Of a DNA stretch of 64,000 bases, positions 18,503 through 28,978 are shown piece by piece (the first letter of the stretch is position 1; the number at the start of each line of letters is the position of its first letter). The stretch spans positions 96,001 through 160,000 of the forward strand of contig CAVYXA010000004.1 in assembly GCA_963772365.1 (NCBI GenBank), in the 5' to 3' direction. The stretch comes from an uncultured Verrucomicrobiae bacterium (GTDB lineage: Bacteria > Verrucomicrobiota > Verrucomicrobiia > Chthoniobacterales > UBA10450). The notes under the pieces are model-generated. The model was not told where the DNA came from. It was given only the letters and a program-made list of their open reading frames with translations, and did no database searches. A program made the position numbers and the translations under genes.

Positions 18503-19957
18503 GCCGGCCTGATCTGCCGGCGTTTACCATCGCCGAGCTTCGACATCTTCTTCATCGCCGCGAGATTTCACCGCGCGAAGTGGTCGAAGCTCTGCGAAGC
18601 AGGATTGAAGATGTCGATGGAAAAATCAGCGCCTATCTCTCAATCGATTTTGAAGCCGCACTGGAAGAGGCGGACAAAGTTGATGTCGATCTTCCACTCG
18701 GCGGTGTGCCAATCGCGATCAAGGACATCATCAACGTCGCCGGCCAGCCGTGCACATGTGCCTCGAAGATTCTGCGGAATTATCGAGCGAACTATGATGC
18801 GACCGTAATCCGGAAGCTGCGCACCGCCGGGGCGATTCCGTTGGGAAAAACAAATCTGGATGAATTTGCAATGGGTTCATCCACCGAAAACTCGAGCGTA
18901 CAGCCAAGTCGTAATCCGTGGGATCTCTCGCGCGTGCCCGGTGGATCCAGTGGTGGATCGGCTGCCGCGGTTGCGGCCGATGCCGCTTTTGCCGCGCTTG
19001 GAACGGATACCGGCGGTTCCATTCGACAACCCGCGTCGCTCACAGGTGTGGTCGGTGTGAAACCGACTTATGGACGAGTTTCGCGGTTCGGCGTTGTCGC
19101 GTTTGCCTCTTCGCTCGATCAGGTTGGACCGTTAACGAAAACGGTGCGGGATGCAGCCCTCATCTTGCAGTCGATTGCAGGAAAAGATCCGCAGGACACA
19201 ACCTGCTTGAATCAACCAGTGCCGGACTACTCGGCCAAATTCGAGGACAGTCTCCGAGGGATTCGGCTGGGCTTGCCGCGGGAGTACATGAGTCACGCAA
19301 TTGATCAGCAGGCGAAAACTGCAATCGACGCAGCGACCGCGCAGTTGCAATCGCTCGGCGCGGAGATTGTCGAAGTTTCTCTGCCTCACACCGATTATGC
19401 GGTGGCGGTTTATTACATACTCGCCACGGCCGAAGCATCGGCTAATCTGGCCCGTTTCGATGGTGTGCGTTACGGATATCGCGCCGAAAATCCTGTCGAT
19501 CTTCTCGATCATTATGGACGCACCCGCGGGGAAGCTTTCGGGCCAGAAGTGAAACGGAGGATTATTCTGGGAACGTACAGTTCTCAGCTCCGGATATTAC
19601 GACGCCTATTATCTACACGCGCAGAAAGTGAGACAACTGATCCGACAGGATTTCGCAAACGCGTTCGAAAAAGTCGATGCGCTCATTACTCCAACTTCGC
19701 CGGGGCCGGCATTTAAGATTGGGGAACGCCGTGAGGACCCATTGCAAATGTATCTCGCCGATATTTTCACAATTGCGGCGAACCTGGCGGGAATTTGCGC
19801 GATTAGTGTGCCGTGCGGTTTTGCCAGGATCGACAATTCTGAGTTACCGATCGGACTGCAATTGTTAGGCAAAGCGTTCGATGAAGCATGCCTGCTTAAA
19901 ATTGCGCACGCTTACGAGCAAAGCACCGATTGGCACAAGGCGAAGCCGCGACTGTGA
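18499..19957 (+). CDS. gatA: Asp/Glu-tRNA amidotransferase subunit A, interrupted by a 1-nt insertion near 19579
   Basis: [49 protein letters not shown](a)[11 protein letters not shown] is restored by removing one A. Confidence 0.93.
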
Positions 19958-19964
19958 AGTCTTT

Positions 19965-20660
19965 TCAATGCCGCAATAGACGACTCGCGAGGGCAATCAA
20001 CCAGCGGCAGAAAAACCTCAGGGCGATCCCAAATGACATTTTCGATCGACCGTGCGCGCGATCCCGAAAAGAGATTGGAATTTCTTTGACCCGGAGATTG
20101 CTTCCGCCGTGAACGATGGTCTCGAAAAGAATTTTGAATCCGCTCGTTGGAGGAGCTATTTTTAAAAGCTGCGATCGAGAGATGGCAAAAAACCCGCACA
20201 TGGAATCGCGGACACCGGTTAGCGGATAAGCCAGAATGGACGCAGTTCGCGACATGATTCTCCGCCACAGCGGCCAACCTGGTGTCGATCCGCCGGGCAC
20301 ATAGCGGCTTCCAATCACCAGGTCCGCCGTTCCGGCGAGGATGGGATCGAGCAAATCTTTGATGCGCTCTGGCGGATGGCTGAGGTCGGAATCCATCACC
20401 ACTACGACGTCACCTTGCGCTGCACTGACGCCAGTCATGATAGCCGCTGCCAGTCCAGGCGCATCGGCGGCCTGGACTATCAATCGGGTTGGGCGATGGC
20501 TGGATAGAGATTGGATTACGGCGGCGGTCGAATCCGTGGAATTACCATCGACAAATAAGATTTCATGTAAAGGGATTGCGGTTTCCAAGATTTTCGCAAC
20601 GAGCGGACCAACGTTTTCGGATTCGTTCAGCGTTGGGACAATGATGGAAACTTTCGTCAT
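19965..20660 (-). CDS. GT2 polyprenol-monophosphomannose synthase-like glycosyltransferase
   Basis: SIIVPTLNE, MDSDLSHPPE, VIGSRYVPGG. Confidence 0.9.
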   Translation of the reverse strand: MTKVSIIVPTLNESENVGPLVAKILETAIPLHEILFVDGNSTDSTAAVIQSLSSHRPTRLIVQAADAPGLAAAIMTGVSAAQGDVVVVMDSDLSHPPERIKDLLDPILAGTADLVIGSRYVPGGSTPGWPLWRRIMSRTASILAYPLTGVRDSMCGFFAISRSQLLKIAPPTSGFKILFETIVHGGSNLRVKEIPISFRDRAHGRSKMSFGIALRFFCRWLIALASRLLRH

Positions 20661-20708
20661 GGCTGACGCTAAACCGGCACGCAGCACAATCTGGAGGACT
20701 CTTGAGAT

Positions 20709-22322
20709 TCAGGCTTCGCCGGAATGGATGATTTGCTTCAATTGCTGAACTACCTGTTTCCGAGCATCGCTATCATCAGCGCAGCCCCACACCGCAATCT
20801 CGAGCATTTGCGCGCCCACTTCGCGCCTTCCATGCAATGCCGCTCGAATACGTCCCCAGGCTGTCCAGTCTTCTTGCTCAGCTGCGGCCACATTTCTGTA
20901 GGACGACCGCGCGTCCCAGTAACAATAGAAGACGTGTAGTGGCACACCATGATCGTCGAACAAATAGGAGCGCAGCGGCAAGTCAGCGCCATTGATGTTG
21001 GCTAACCAGAATCCGCTGTCGCGTATCATGGTGAGGCCACTGGCAGGAAGGCATTTTTCCGGTCGATGGATTTTTACAAAGAGAGCAGCCGTGCGACCCG
21101 GCAGCCAATGAAAGAAGTACATCAGCCAATGGTGGCCATCCGGCGAGGTCCAACCCGCGCCTCCGCCATCGTCGTAGCGAAGCATCCTTGCCGCCTCGGG
21201 TGAGATTGGAACCGACTTGAAGTCCGCCTCGGATTTTGGCCAGGAAACAGCCCAGCGCGAATGGGGCGGTACGCGATGCAACCCGTACCAAAATTGAGCG
21301 CCGATCTCAGACAAAACCAACCAGAGAGTCAGCGCGGCGAGCAAGGGCAACTGCCGGCGGAAACGTTGCGTAATTTGAAAGATGTCGTTTGAGGAGTCGA
21401 GCCGCCGCGCCATTATTTTGCGATTCTCATGCCGGCGCATGAACAGACTCAGAAACCAAAGACCAAAAAGGCAAATCAGCAGAATGGTTAAACCAGCCGG
21501 ATCATGCCAGTTTTCTAAAGCATCGGTCCCGCGGTTCGCTCCGATCCACACCAGAATTGCTGTGCGCACAACATTGCTGATGAATGCGAGGATCCCGCCG
21601 GCCAACAGCAGAAACAGGCGGCGATACATCGTAAATGAGTAGAGTTCGCCCAGAAACAGCGAGATCATCAGTGTGGCTTGGAGTGACCGGACACCGCTGC
21701 AGGCTTCTTCAATTCCAATGAGGCCCGAGGTAACTTCAATCACGTTTCCATGTTGGAGTGCGGGAATGCCGGCGGCATTCAGGCCGGCAACATTGATCGC
21801 AGTCACCGCCCGCATTAGGCCTTGAATTACGAATTGCTCAAACCGAACAGGCCACGGAACAGCCACCAGAACAAAGCAAAAAGGGAAAGCAAAATGCCGC
21901 AGCCACGGCGCGCCGCCGATCAAATAAATTAAGCAAAGAGAAATCGTAAGCGCGATAAAAGCGAGTCCCCAACTGAGCAAGCGCCAATCTGGATTTGCTT
22001 CCGACAGAAATCGAATCGGAAGAAGAAGAAAGCTGAAAACAACAGTGGTAGCGATGGGAAAAGCTCGAGATTTCGGTGCGCTCCGCGATGATGGACGTTC
22101 CGGCCAGCGTTGCCAAAGAAGAAGAAAAATCGCGAGAAATGGAACCGCCCAACCGTAGCTGTACTGAGGGTTAAACGTCCACTCATTGCTCAAATGCTTG
22201 AAAACCTCAGCCCAGAGGAAAACCAAAAAGCCCAGGAACAATGAAGTCGGCCAGAGCGCGGGCGTAGTAGATGTCGATCGGAAAGAAATTGTGCGCGCCA
22301 TTACGGTTTTCATCGCCGGCAT
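20709..22322 (-). CDS. Exosortase family protein with C-terminal extracytoplasmic (EpsI-like) domain (start uncertain)
   Basis: EEACSGVRSL (Cys), SNVVR (Arg), WHD (His); C-terminal HRPEKCLPASG. Confidence 0.9.
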   Translation of the reverse strand: MPAMKTVMARTISFRSTSTTPALWPTSLFLGFLVFLWAEVFKHLSNEWTFNPQYSYGWAVPFLAIFLLLWQRWPERPSSRSAPKSRAFPIATTVVFSFLLLPIRFLSEANPDWRLLSWGLAFIALTISLCLIYLIGGAPWLRHFAFPFCFVLVAVPWPVRFEQFVIQGLMRAVTAINVAGLNAAGIPALQHGNVIEVTSGLIGIEEACSGVRSLQATLMISLFLGELYSFTMYRRLFLLLAGGILAFISNVVRTAILVWIGANRGTDALENWHDPAGLTILLICLFGLWFLSLFMRRHENRKIMARRLDSSNDIFQITQRFRRQLPLLAALTLWLVLSEIGAQFWYGLHRVPPHSRWAVSWPKSEADFKSVPISPEAARMLRYDDGGGAGWTSPDGHHWLMYFFHWLPGRTAALFVKIHRPEKCLPASGLTMIRDSGFWLANINGADLPLRSYLFDDHGVPLHVFYCYWDARSSYRNVAAAEQEDWTAWGRIRAALHGRREVGAQMLEIAVWGCADDSDARKQVVQQLKQIIHSGEA

Positions 22323-22640
22323 AGCGTAGCGAAGTCCGAGCAGGTTGCGAGCCGCTTTGCTCCGCCGTTCATGTGTCCGACTGACTGTGGGTAGGATTGT
22401 TCGCCGAAATTCAATTCGCGGAAATATCCACTCGCCGCGCAAACTGGTCGAAGAGGATTCTATTGTTCTCGATGGTGTGATCGCCGGAGTATTTTTTTTG
22501 ACGGAATTTTCCTTGACCTCAGCGAGCGGGGCTGTCTAAAAGAGAACTCGAAACTACCGTTTTCGTGGGATGCGATTGTTATTGACGAGCGCAGCGCGAA
22601 TATGATAATTATGGAAATCATCAGATAAACATCGAATCTT

Positions 22641-23291
22641 ATGAAGCTATCTAACAAGTTAATCGTCGCTCTTTTCGCCCTTTTTTTCCTCGCCAGCACT
22701 TCGGCGAATGCGGTTGTCGTCACTTGGGACCTCAATCCAACTAATGCAAATGGCGCCGTTGGATCGACAAGTCATACTTTCAATCAGAGCGGCTATCCCA
22801 TCACCGCGTATGGATTCGACAGGGTGTTCGGCCCGGATACCCCCCATGAACTCTATTACAAAAACGTTAATATTGACCATGGCCTCGGGCTCGTAAACAC
22901 GCTAGATAATGAGCTTCAGACCAACAACTACATTCAGTTCGACTTCAATTCTATTTTGACGCAAGGCTTCTCAGACGGTCAGATCAAAGTCAGCAGTGTC
23001 GATCCGGGTGAGTCATTCAACCTCTATGGCTCGAACACTCTGGGCAGCATTGGAACACTGCTAAACGGGTCACCCTACGGCAGCAATACCAACAATAGTT
23101 GGATCGATATCCCGAACTTCGGCAATTATAGATACGTTTCAGTGATCGCGGCGGTCGACGATGTGCTTCCATGGGCTATCCGAGCGACGGTCACCCCCAT
23201 TCCGGAAGCATCAACCGTGATTCCGGTTATCCTCCTGGTGATCGGTGCAACCGCGTTCGAGGTCCGTCGGCGCCATCGGGCCACTGCGTAG
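22641..23291 (+). CDS. Secreted PEP-CTERM-like sorted surface protein
   Basis: Signal peptide (..STSANA); tail TPIPEAS + TM helix + RRRHR; divergent from the exosortase. Confidence 0.88.
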   Translation: MKLSNKLIVALFALFFLASTSANAVVVTWDLNPTNANGAVGSTSHTFNQSGYPITAYGFDRVFGPDTPHELYYKNVNIDHGLGLVNTLDNELQTNNYIQFDFNSILTQGFSDGQIKVSSVDPGESFNLYGSNTLGSIGTLLNGSPYGSNTNNSWIDIPNFGNYRYVSVIAAVDDVLPWAIRATVTPIPEASTVIPVILLVIGATAFEVRRRHRATA

Positions 23292-23314
23292 GATTTGCTT
23301 TTGTCGATTGGCGT

Positions 23315-23349
23315 GGCCGCTCTGGAAACGGGGCGGCCGCTCTTTTTTT
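23315..23349 (+). terminator. Rho-independent terminator candidate
   Basis: ggccgctct-ggaaac-ggggcggcc hairpin followed by a T run, just after the PEP-CTERM-like gene. Confidence 0.65.
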
Positions 23350-23372
23350 CTGGTTGCCAACCAGCCCTGTGT

Positions 23373-25076
23373 CTACTGGATTTTGCTTTCAGCCGCGGTG
23401 AGCAACGCTCTTTCTTCGGGAAGCAGTTTCGCGCTCGCGCCGTACTTGAGATATTCACGCGCCTTCGTACTATCACCCGCGGCGGCTAGAAGGATGCCAT
23501 AATATGCCGCCAGGGAAGGCTCTTTTAATTCTTCTTCAGTTAGGCCGTTCATCACCTTCACCGCAGCGGCCGCGTCGCCTTTGCGGAAAAGCGAAAAAGC
23601 GTAGGTCGATGCATACGCTGGATTGGTCGTATCGGATTCGTAAAGCTCGGCGGCCACTCTGCAAGCGCGCTCCACATCTGTGTTCAGCAATAGGCTAACC
23701 TGCGCAAGATTGTTTTGGGCAATTTTGTCCTGGGGTCGCATTTCCACTACGCGGAGGAGCACGCGATGGAGACCAGGGGTGTCCCCGTCATCTACGTATT
23801 TTTGGTGAAGGCTTTGGAATGCTTCTAATTGCGTTTCCGGATATTTAGTAAGTGCCCAAAGCAACCCGAGCCACTCCTTCTCCCAGTGCCACTCTGCTGT
23901 GGCACGGGCCAGTGTGGAGAGAAATCCCGGTTGGGTCGATGCGTTCTTCTCCGCAGCGGACCACTCGCCGTCTGCCGCAACTGTCCTGCCCTGATTCCGC
24001 AGCGCCAAGGCCAAATACGCATGTCGCATGAAGTCAAACTGGCCCCAATCCTCCCTCTTCATCCGCGCTTCCAGATCTGGCCAATCCTGCAACTTTGCGT
24101 GGATCTCCGCTACCGCCATGGGAACGGGCCACTTATTTACAGTCTCTTTCGGCAATGTGCGGATGAAATCGACGGCGAGCAAGCTCATGCCGCTGGTCTT
24201 CATCCACGTTATCAACAAAGCCAAATTTGTCGGTTCCGAAATAGCGGCTTTCTCCAGCACGGACAAATATTCCGTAAAACTCGGCGCCCTCAATTGTCGC
24301 AAAATGTCCAAGTAAAGAAGGCGATCACTAAACGTGGCTTCCGGGTAGCCCTGAAGTTCCTTCGCGCGTGCCAGTAGTATGTCGCTGCTGATATGGCGCG
24401 CTGCTCCATCCCTGATCAAGGCGCGAGTTGCTGCCGCTCGCTGCTGCTCATCGTTGCGCAGCGAGTCGAGAATCTTACGACCCCGCTCACGTTTCATTTG
24501 ATCCTCTGATCGCAACAAGACGGACCCGAAGTCAAGTTGGTAAGACTTTTCGTTTGGGGCCAACTCTACGGCTCGAACCCAGTGTTGCTCCGCCTCCTTC
24601 GGTTGCCCCTTTTTCTCTGCCAGACGCGCCGCCGCGGCATGAAATGCCGCGGTATCCCGGCTATTCTGATCTACTCCTCCCAGTATTTTTTCCGCTGTGC
24701 CAACGTCATTGAATTGCAGCGCGCACAAGGCCAGGGCGAGCTGATTTGCTGTAGAGTGCGGTTCCAATTCCAGAGCTCTTCGGCGCCAACCGATCGCGGA
24801 ACGATCGCCGGTAACTTCTGCGATCTTAGCCATTACGTTAATGCCGGCTATGTTGTTCCCGTCCAGTTCCAACGCACGTCGGGCACTCAGTGCTGCTTGG
24901 CGGAGCTCGCCGCTGCTCAGGTAAGCCGCAGCCCGACGCGCCGAGTGCCGGGATTCAAATCCGCCATATAGTCGCCAGCCGCCCCAGCATACAAAAATAA
25001 AAAGAACAAATCCGAGCAAACTACCGACAATTAGTTTGATGTAAGTTCGCTGCGCTTTCTCAAGGGATTGTTCCAC
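23373..25076 (-). CDS. Membrane-anchored TPR-repeat protein
   Basis: N-terminal TM; helical repeats ARRALELD, WRRRALELEP, WVRAVELAP, AQNNLAQ. Confidence 0.85.
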   Translation of the reverse strand: MEQSLEKAQRTYIKLIVGSLLGFVLFIFVCWGGWRLYGGFESRHSARRAAAYLSSGELRQAALSARRALELDGNNIAGINVMAKIAEVTGDRSAIGWRRRALELEPHSTANQLALALCALQFNDVGTAEKILGGVDQNSRDTAAFHAAAARLAEKKGQPKEAEQHWVRAVELAPNEKSYQLDFGSVLLRSEDQMKRERGRKILDSLRNDEQQRAAATRALIRDGAARHISSDILLARAKELQGYPEATFSDRLLYLDILRQLRAPSFTEYLSVLEKAAISEPTNLALLITWMKTSGMSLLAVDFIRTLPKETVNKWPVPMAVAEIHAKLQDWPDLEARMKREDWGQFDFMRHAYLALALRNQGRTVAADGEWSAAEKNASTQPGFLSTLARATAEWHWEKEWLGLLWALTKYPETQLEAFQSLHQKYVDDGDTPGLHRVLLRVVEMRPQDKIAQNNLAQVSLLLNTDVERACRVAAELYESDTTNPAYASTYAFSLFRKGDAAAAVKVMNGLTEEELKEPSLAAYYGILLAAAGDSTKAREYLKYGASAKLLPEERALLTAAESKIQ

Positions 25077-25279
25077 GAGTTATTTTAACGCTAGAATTGA
25101 ACGTTCGCCAAAAGTGAACCGAATGCGCGGGCAAAAAACCCGCTCCAGCGCGATGTATTCCAACTGAGTGATGCCCCATATCACTCGCCGATGAGCACTC
25201 AACGTGCACGAAAATTGAGGTCGTAGTGTGGTTAGAGCAGCGCGGTTTCTTCAAGCCGCGGTACAGGCAAAGGCCGGTA

Positions 25280-25660
25280 TTAAGAATTTGAGCGCCGGCG
25301 GCGACGCGATTCAAACAGGGTGGCAACGACCACCAGTGTCCCGGCTGCCAAGAGACTGGCCATTTCCCGGAGCGTTGTGAGGGTCCTCTCAAAAACAATC
25401 GCGTGGTCAAAGAAATGGCGCTCCTGATCAAAACGAGAGGGAAGGCCGCGACCGCTGTCGGTGTAAGAATCCCGAGCTTCGGCCTGGCTGTTCATGAAAC
25501 TGCAGTTGTAAGTAGTGGCCGTTGCCAGAGCCAAATTTGAATTCTGGTAACTGGGGTTACCGGTACTCGCAGAGGTTCGGGAAATTCCGCTTGCCAAAAT
25601 AAGGGCCGAGAGAAAACATAGCAGGAGGCGATAGAAGCGAGAGCTCATTCTGGGGATCAT
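25280..25660 (-). CDS. Small exported protein with a PEP-CTERM-like tail variant
   Basis: Signal peptide; tail LREMASLLAAGTLVVVATLFESRRRRR. Confidence 0.6.
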   Translation of the reverse strand: MIPRMSSRFYRLLLCFLSALILASGISRTSASTGNPSYQNSNLALATATTYNCSFMNSQAEARDSYTDSGRGLPSRFDQERHFFDHAIVFERTLTTLREMASLLAAGTLVVVATLFESRRRRRSNS

Positions 25661-25906
25661 CAAATTATCACTACTTCCATAATTCTCATAATAGACTGCC
25701 AAGCGTCAATAGAAATTTAAGGTGCTGAAATCTCGCGACGCGGGTTTTGGAAATTCGCACGACCGAGCACCGGAACTGAGACTATAAGGGCAAGATTTCT
25801 CCGGAAGGAGTGCAGCCTCCTGACAATACGAGGACAGGCGGTTTTCGCCGTAACGCCAGATTCAGCGCCAGCGGCTGGGCTGAGATCCCGTCAACCCCGC
25901 AAAAAT

Positions 25907-26602
25907 TTACGAGCGTGAGCGGGTCGTGACCGAGAGCGGCTCCGCCGTTTCCAAATTCTTGATGACTGTGCTGAGATAAACGGATTGAGGATAAAACGCT
26001 TTGTATTTCGTTATCTCCGCCCGATTCAGAACCTTGAAACCGTAGCGTTCAAACATCCTTTCTCCCCGACGACTCTCAAAGGTCACGATCTGCCCATAAA
26101 CTCGCTTTTCTCCGGAGCGGTAGAGATAGCTTAAATATGCGCTCATCAACGCGCGCGTCGTCGACATCTTCCGCGCATCCGGCAAGAGGTTGATGTGAAA
26201 ATGCGGTGTCCGACGCGGCGGGGCCGGCACCTCTCTCCAGCCGTGCACCAGTGTCCAGCGAATGAATCGTCGCGACCGCTCTCGGTATCGGAAGTATCGC
26301 GTTAGCGCCTTGCCAAACAAGGAGACATTTTGCCAAAACGAGTAAAGCTGATTGCGAAGCGGTCTTCGGCAGCCGAGCAAATAACCACGAATCTCGCCAC
26401 TGATTTCCACGACAAACGATGATTCCGGTTCCCAATCGGTGTAGTAGGTCGTGAGAAAATCGGCGAATAATTGTCGATCTTCGTAAACTGGATCGATCGG
26501 TGTGCCCAAAAAACCCGTGTCGCAACACAACTTACGCACCGCGGCGCGATCCGACGTGCGATAACTGCGGATTACAAATGGCTTGGAATCGTCGATTTCC
26601 AT
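25907..26602 (-). CDS. GNAT family N-acetyltransferase
   Basis: IRSYRTSDRAAV, GEIRGYLLG, HFHINLLPDAR, FERYGF; TGATG-coupled to the upstream GT4. Confidence 0.8.
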   Translation of the reverse strand: MEIDDSKPFVIRSYRTSDRAAVRKLCCDTGFLGTPIDPVYEDRQLFADFLTTYYTDWEPESSFVVEISGEIRGYLLGCRRPLRNQLYSFWQNVSLFGKALTRYFRYRERSRRFIRWTLVHGWREVPAPPRRTPHFHINLLPDARKMSTTRALMSAYLSYLYRSGEKRVYGQIVTFESRRGERMFERYGFKVLNRAEITKYKAFYPQSVYLSTVIKNLETAEPLSVTTRSRS

Positions 26603-27780
26603 CAGGATTCGCGGTAGTTTGTGCAGACTTGGCGGTAAATGCAAAAGAGTTCGTCAAACACGCGTGGCCAACTGTAAAGATCCTTTGCCGCTTGCGCCAC
26701 ATTCGTCACGACCATAGATCGCTTGTTTGTGCTTGATTCTTCGATTGCATTCGCCAGCGCTTCCGGCGTGTTTTCAGTGGCCCAAGATTCCTGCCCATGA
26801 AGAATGATGCGGTCCATGTAACTGCCGCGAATTCCGACCACCGGCGTGCCGCAGGCCTGACTCTCCAATGCCACTAAACCGAACGTTTCCTGAACCCCGG
26901 GATGAACAAACAAATCCGCCGCCCGATAATGCCGCGCCAGGTCAGCTGAGTCCGTGCAATAACGAATCCATGTGACCGCACCGTCTGTTTCGTATTGTAG
27001 CTTTTCCAGTCCGTCGCGTTGCGGACCATCGCCGATCACAACAAGATGGAAATCGCCGGGGCGACGACGTTCCAGAAGTTGAAACGCTTCGAAGAGGAGT
27101 TGGATATTTTTTTCTTTTGCCAGTCGTCCTACATACAGGAGCATCTTTTGATCGCTGGCCACGCCGAGAGAGATGCGGGCGGCCTCTTCCCGGCCCCCGT
27201 CCGAGTTAAAGATGTCGATGTTGACTCCCAAGTGCACGACCTGAACGTTCTTGACGCCCCAATCACGCAGAACCTTGGCCAAATTTTCTGAGGGAACCAG
27301 TGTCACTTCAAATTTGTTATAGAGCTTGTCCACATATTGCGCGGCAAAATCCATCACCGCTTCGGTTGCAGTTTGTCCCAGGAACTTCGCGGTGCTCCGC
27401 ACATAGGCTTCCGGAAAATGCGAGTGATAAAACCCGACCACCGGAATCCTGAGGGCGCGGCCGGAAGCGATCGCTTTCCACGCCACTTGGTACGGATCGC
27501 TCGATTCGATCAAGTCCGGTTTCTCGCGTTCCAAAATTTCCCCGACCGCGCGCAGATTCAGCAGCGCTCGATAGCGTGAGGTCCGGGAAAGAAGAGGCGA
27601 ATGAATTGAATAAACCCGCACCCGCGCCTGTGTGGTCAGCTCGGTCTTCTCTCCTGGAATCACGAGCACGTGCTCATCGTCCGGTGAGTACTTGTCGATG
27701 TACGCGATTTTTTCATGCACATAACGTTTCACGCCGCCGCTGAGTGGAGAATAAAATTGGGTGAGATCGCAGATTTTCAA
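26602..27780 (-). CDS. GT4 (GT-B) glycosyltransferase
   Basis: GGVKRY, YVGRLAKEKN, ETFGLVALESQACGTPVV. Confidence 0.92.
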   Translation of the reverse strand: MKICDLTQFYSPLSGGVKRYVHEKIAYIDKYSPDDEHVLVIPGEKTELTTQARVRVYSIHSPLLSRTSRYRALLNLRAVGEILEREKPDLIESSDPYQVAWKAIASGRALRIPVVGFYHSHFPEAYVRSTAKFLGQTATEAVMDFAAQYVDKLYNKFEVTLVPSENLAKVLRDWGVKNVQVVHLGVNIDIFNSDGGREEAARISLGVASDQKMLLYVGRLAKEKNIQLLFEAFQLLERRRPGDFHLVVIGDGPQRDGLEKLQYETDGAVTWIRYCTDSADLARHYRAADLFVHPGVQETFGLVALESQACGTPVVGIRGSYMDRIILHGQESWATENTPEALANAIEESSTNKRSMVVTNVAQAAKDLYSWPRVFDELFCIYRQVCTNYRES

Positions 27781-27804
27781 ATGTGAACGTGTCGCGATCT
27801 TTTC

Positions 27805-27875
27805 TGTAGCGGCGGTCTATGACCGTCGCAAACTCGTGTGTTTCAAGATGGCGACGGTCACAGACCGCCGCTACA
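27805..27875. repeat. GTAG-type REP doublet (25-bp inverted repeat); single related copy at 34669-34693
   Basis: tgtagcggcggtctatgaccgtcgc ... gcgacggtcacagaccgccgctaca. Confidence 0.85.
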
Positions 27876-27899
27876 AGGGGAGATCGGATTTGCTGTTAA

Positions 27900-28826
27900 T
27901 TACCGGGACTCCAATTCACTCAAATACTTCTCCGCTTCCATCGCTGCAGCGCAGCCTGAGCCCGCTGCCGTAACCGCTTGTTTGTAAACGCGATCGGCCA
28001 CATCCCCCGCGATAAATACACCCGGATGTTTGCTCTCGGCGAGGTGTCTCGCGATCAGGTAACCATCCGGATCGGTCTCAAGCTTGCCTCGATACGCTTG
28101 GGTGTTCGGGTCGTGACCGATCGCCACAAATACACAGGCCACTTCTAATTCACGTTCCTCGTTCGTCTTAATGTTGCGGAGACGCACCGCGCGCATTTCT
28201 CCTTTTTGATCCGGAATGTAGTCCGTCACGATCGTATCCCAGATCGGCTCGATCTTTTGATTCGCAAACACGCGTTCCTGCATGATTTTCGATGCCCGCA
28301 TTTGGTCGCGGCGATGGATCAAATAAACCTTTGAAGCGAACCGGGTGAGGAAAAGCGATTCTTCCGCTGCGGAATCGCCGCCGCCGATTACGCAGACTGG
28401 CACATTTTTGTAAAAGGCGCCGTCACACGTTGCGCAGCTCGTTAGTCCATGGCCAATTAGTTTCTCTTCGTTGTCGAGTCCAAGCCATCGGGCTGAGGCG
28501 CCACTGGCAATGATGAGCGCCGGCGTCTCGAGCCATTCGTCATCCACCTTGATCCGAATGTGTTTTTTGCTCGAATCGAAATCCGTGACTTCAGCATACG
28601 AAAAGCGGGCACCGAAATTCTCCGCCTGCTTATGCATGTTCATGATCAACTGCGGTCCATCGATGCCTTCGGGAAATCCGGGAAAATTCTCCACCAGCGT
28701 AGTCGTCGAAAGCTGTCCGCCCGGTTGCCGTCCTTCCAGCACGAGTGGATTCAGGTTGGCGCGCGCCGCATAGATCGCGGCGGTCAATCCGGCGCAACCG
28801 CTCCCCACGATAATCACTTTCTCCAT
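27900..28826 (-). CDS. trxB: Thioredoxin-disulfide reductase
   Basis: IVGSGCAGLTAAIY, CATCDG, GGGDSA, YKQAVTAAGSG. Confidence 0.96.
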   Translation of the reverse strand: MEKVIIVGSGCAGLTAAIYAARANLNPLVLEGRQPGGQLSTTTLVENFPGFPEGIDGPQLIMNMHKQAENFGARFSYAEVTDFDSSKKHIRIKVDDEWLETPALIIASGASARWLGLDNEEKLIGHGLTSCATCDGAFYKNVPVCVIGGGDSAAEESLFLTRFASKVYLIHRRDQMRASKIMQERVFANQKIEPIWDTIVTDYIPDQKGEMRAVRLRNIKTNEERELEVACVFVAIGHDPNTQAYRGKLETDPDGYLIARHLAESKHPGVFIAGDVADRVYKQAVTAAGSGCAAAMEAEKYLSELESR

Positions 28827-28876
28827 GAATAAATCTAGCATGCCGCGCAAGCGGGCCAATATCGATAGAAGACTCA

Positions 28877-28936
28877 CCCTCACCTCAATCCTCTCCCTTC
28901 CAGGGAGAGGCGGACGCCACCAGCCGCCGGTGAGGG
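28877..28936. repeat. CCCTCACC/CCTCTCCC-GGGAGAGG palindromic repeat
   Basis: Nested hairpin ccctcacc..cctctccc ttcca gggagagg..ggtgaggg; related element at 55046-55126. Confidence 0.75.
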
Positions 28937-28978
28937 TGATTCGATTGCGTGTCCAAATTGGCACAAGTACTCTGCGAA

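Noticed and set aside
25700..25906. tRNA or ncRNA in this and other intergenic gaps
   Set aside because: No cloverleaf, T-loop or recognisable RNA family motif
28827..28964. N-terminal extension of TrxB
   Set aside because: Translates a palindromic repeat; the conserved start is at 28826
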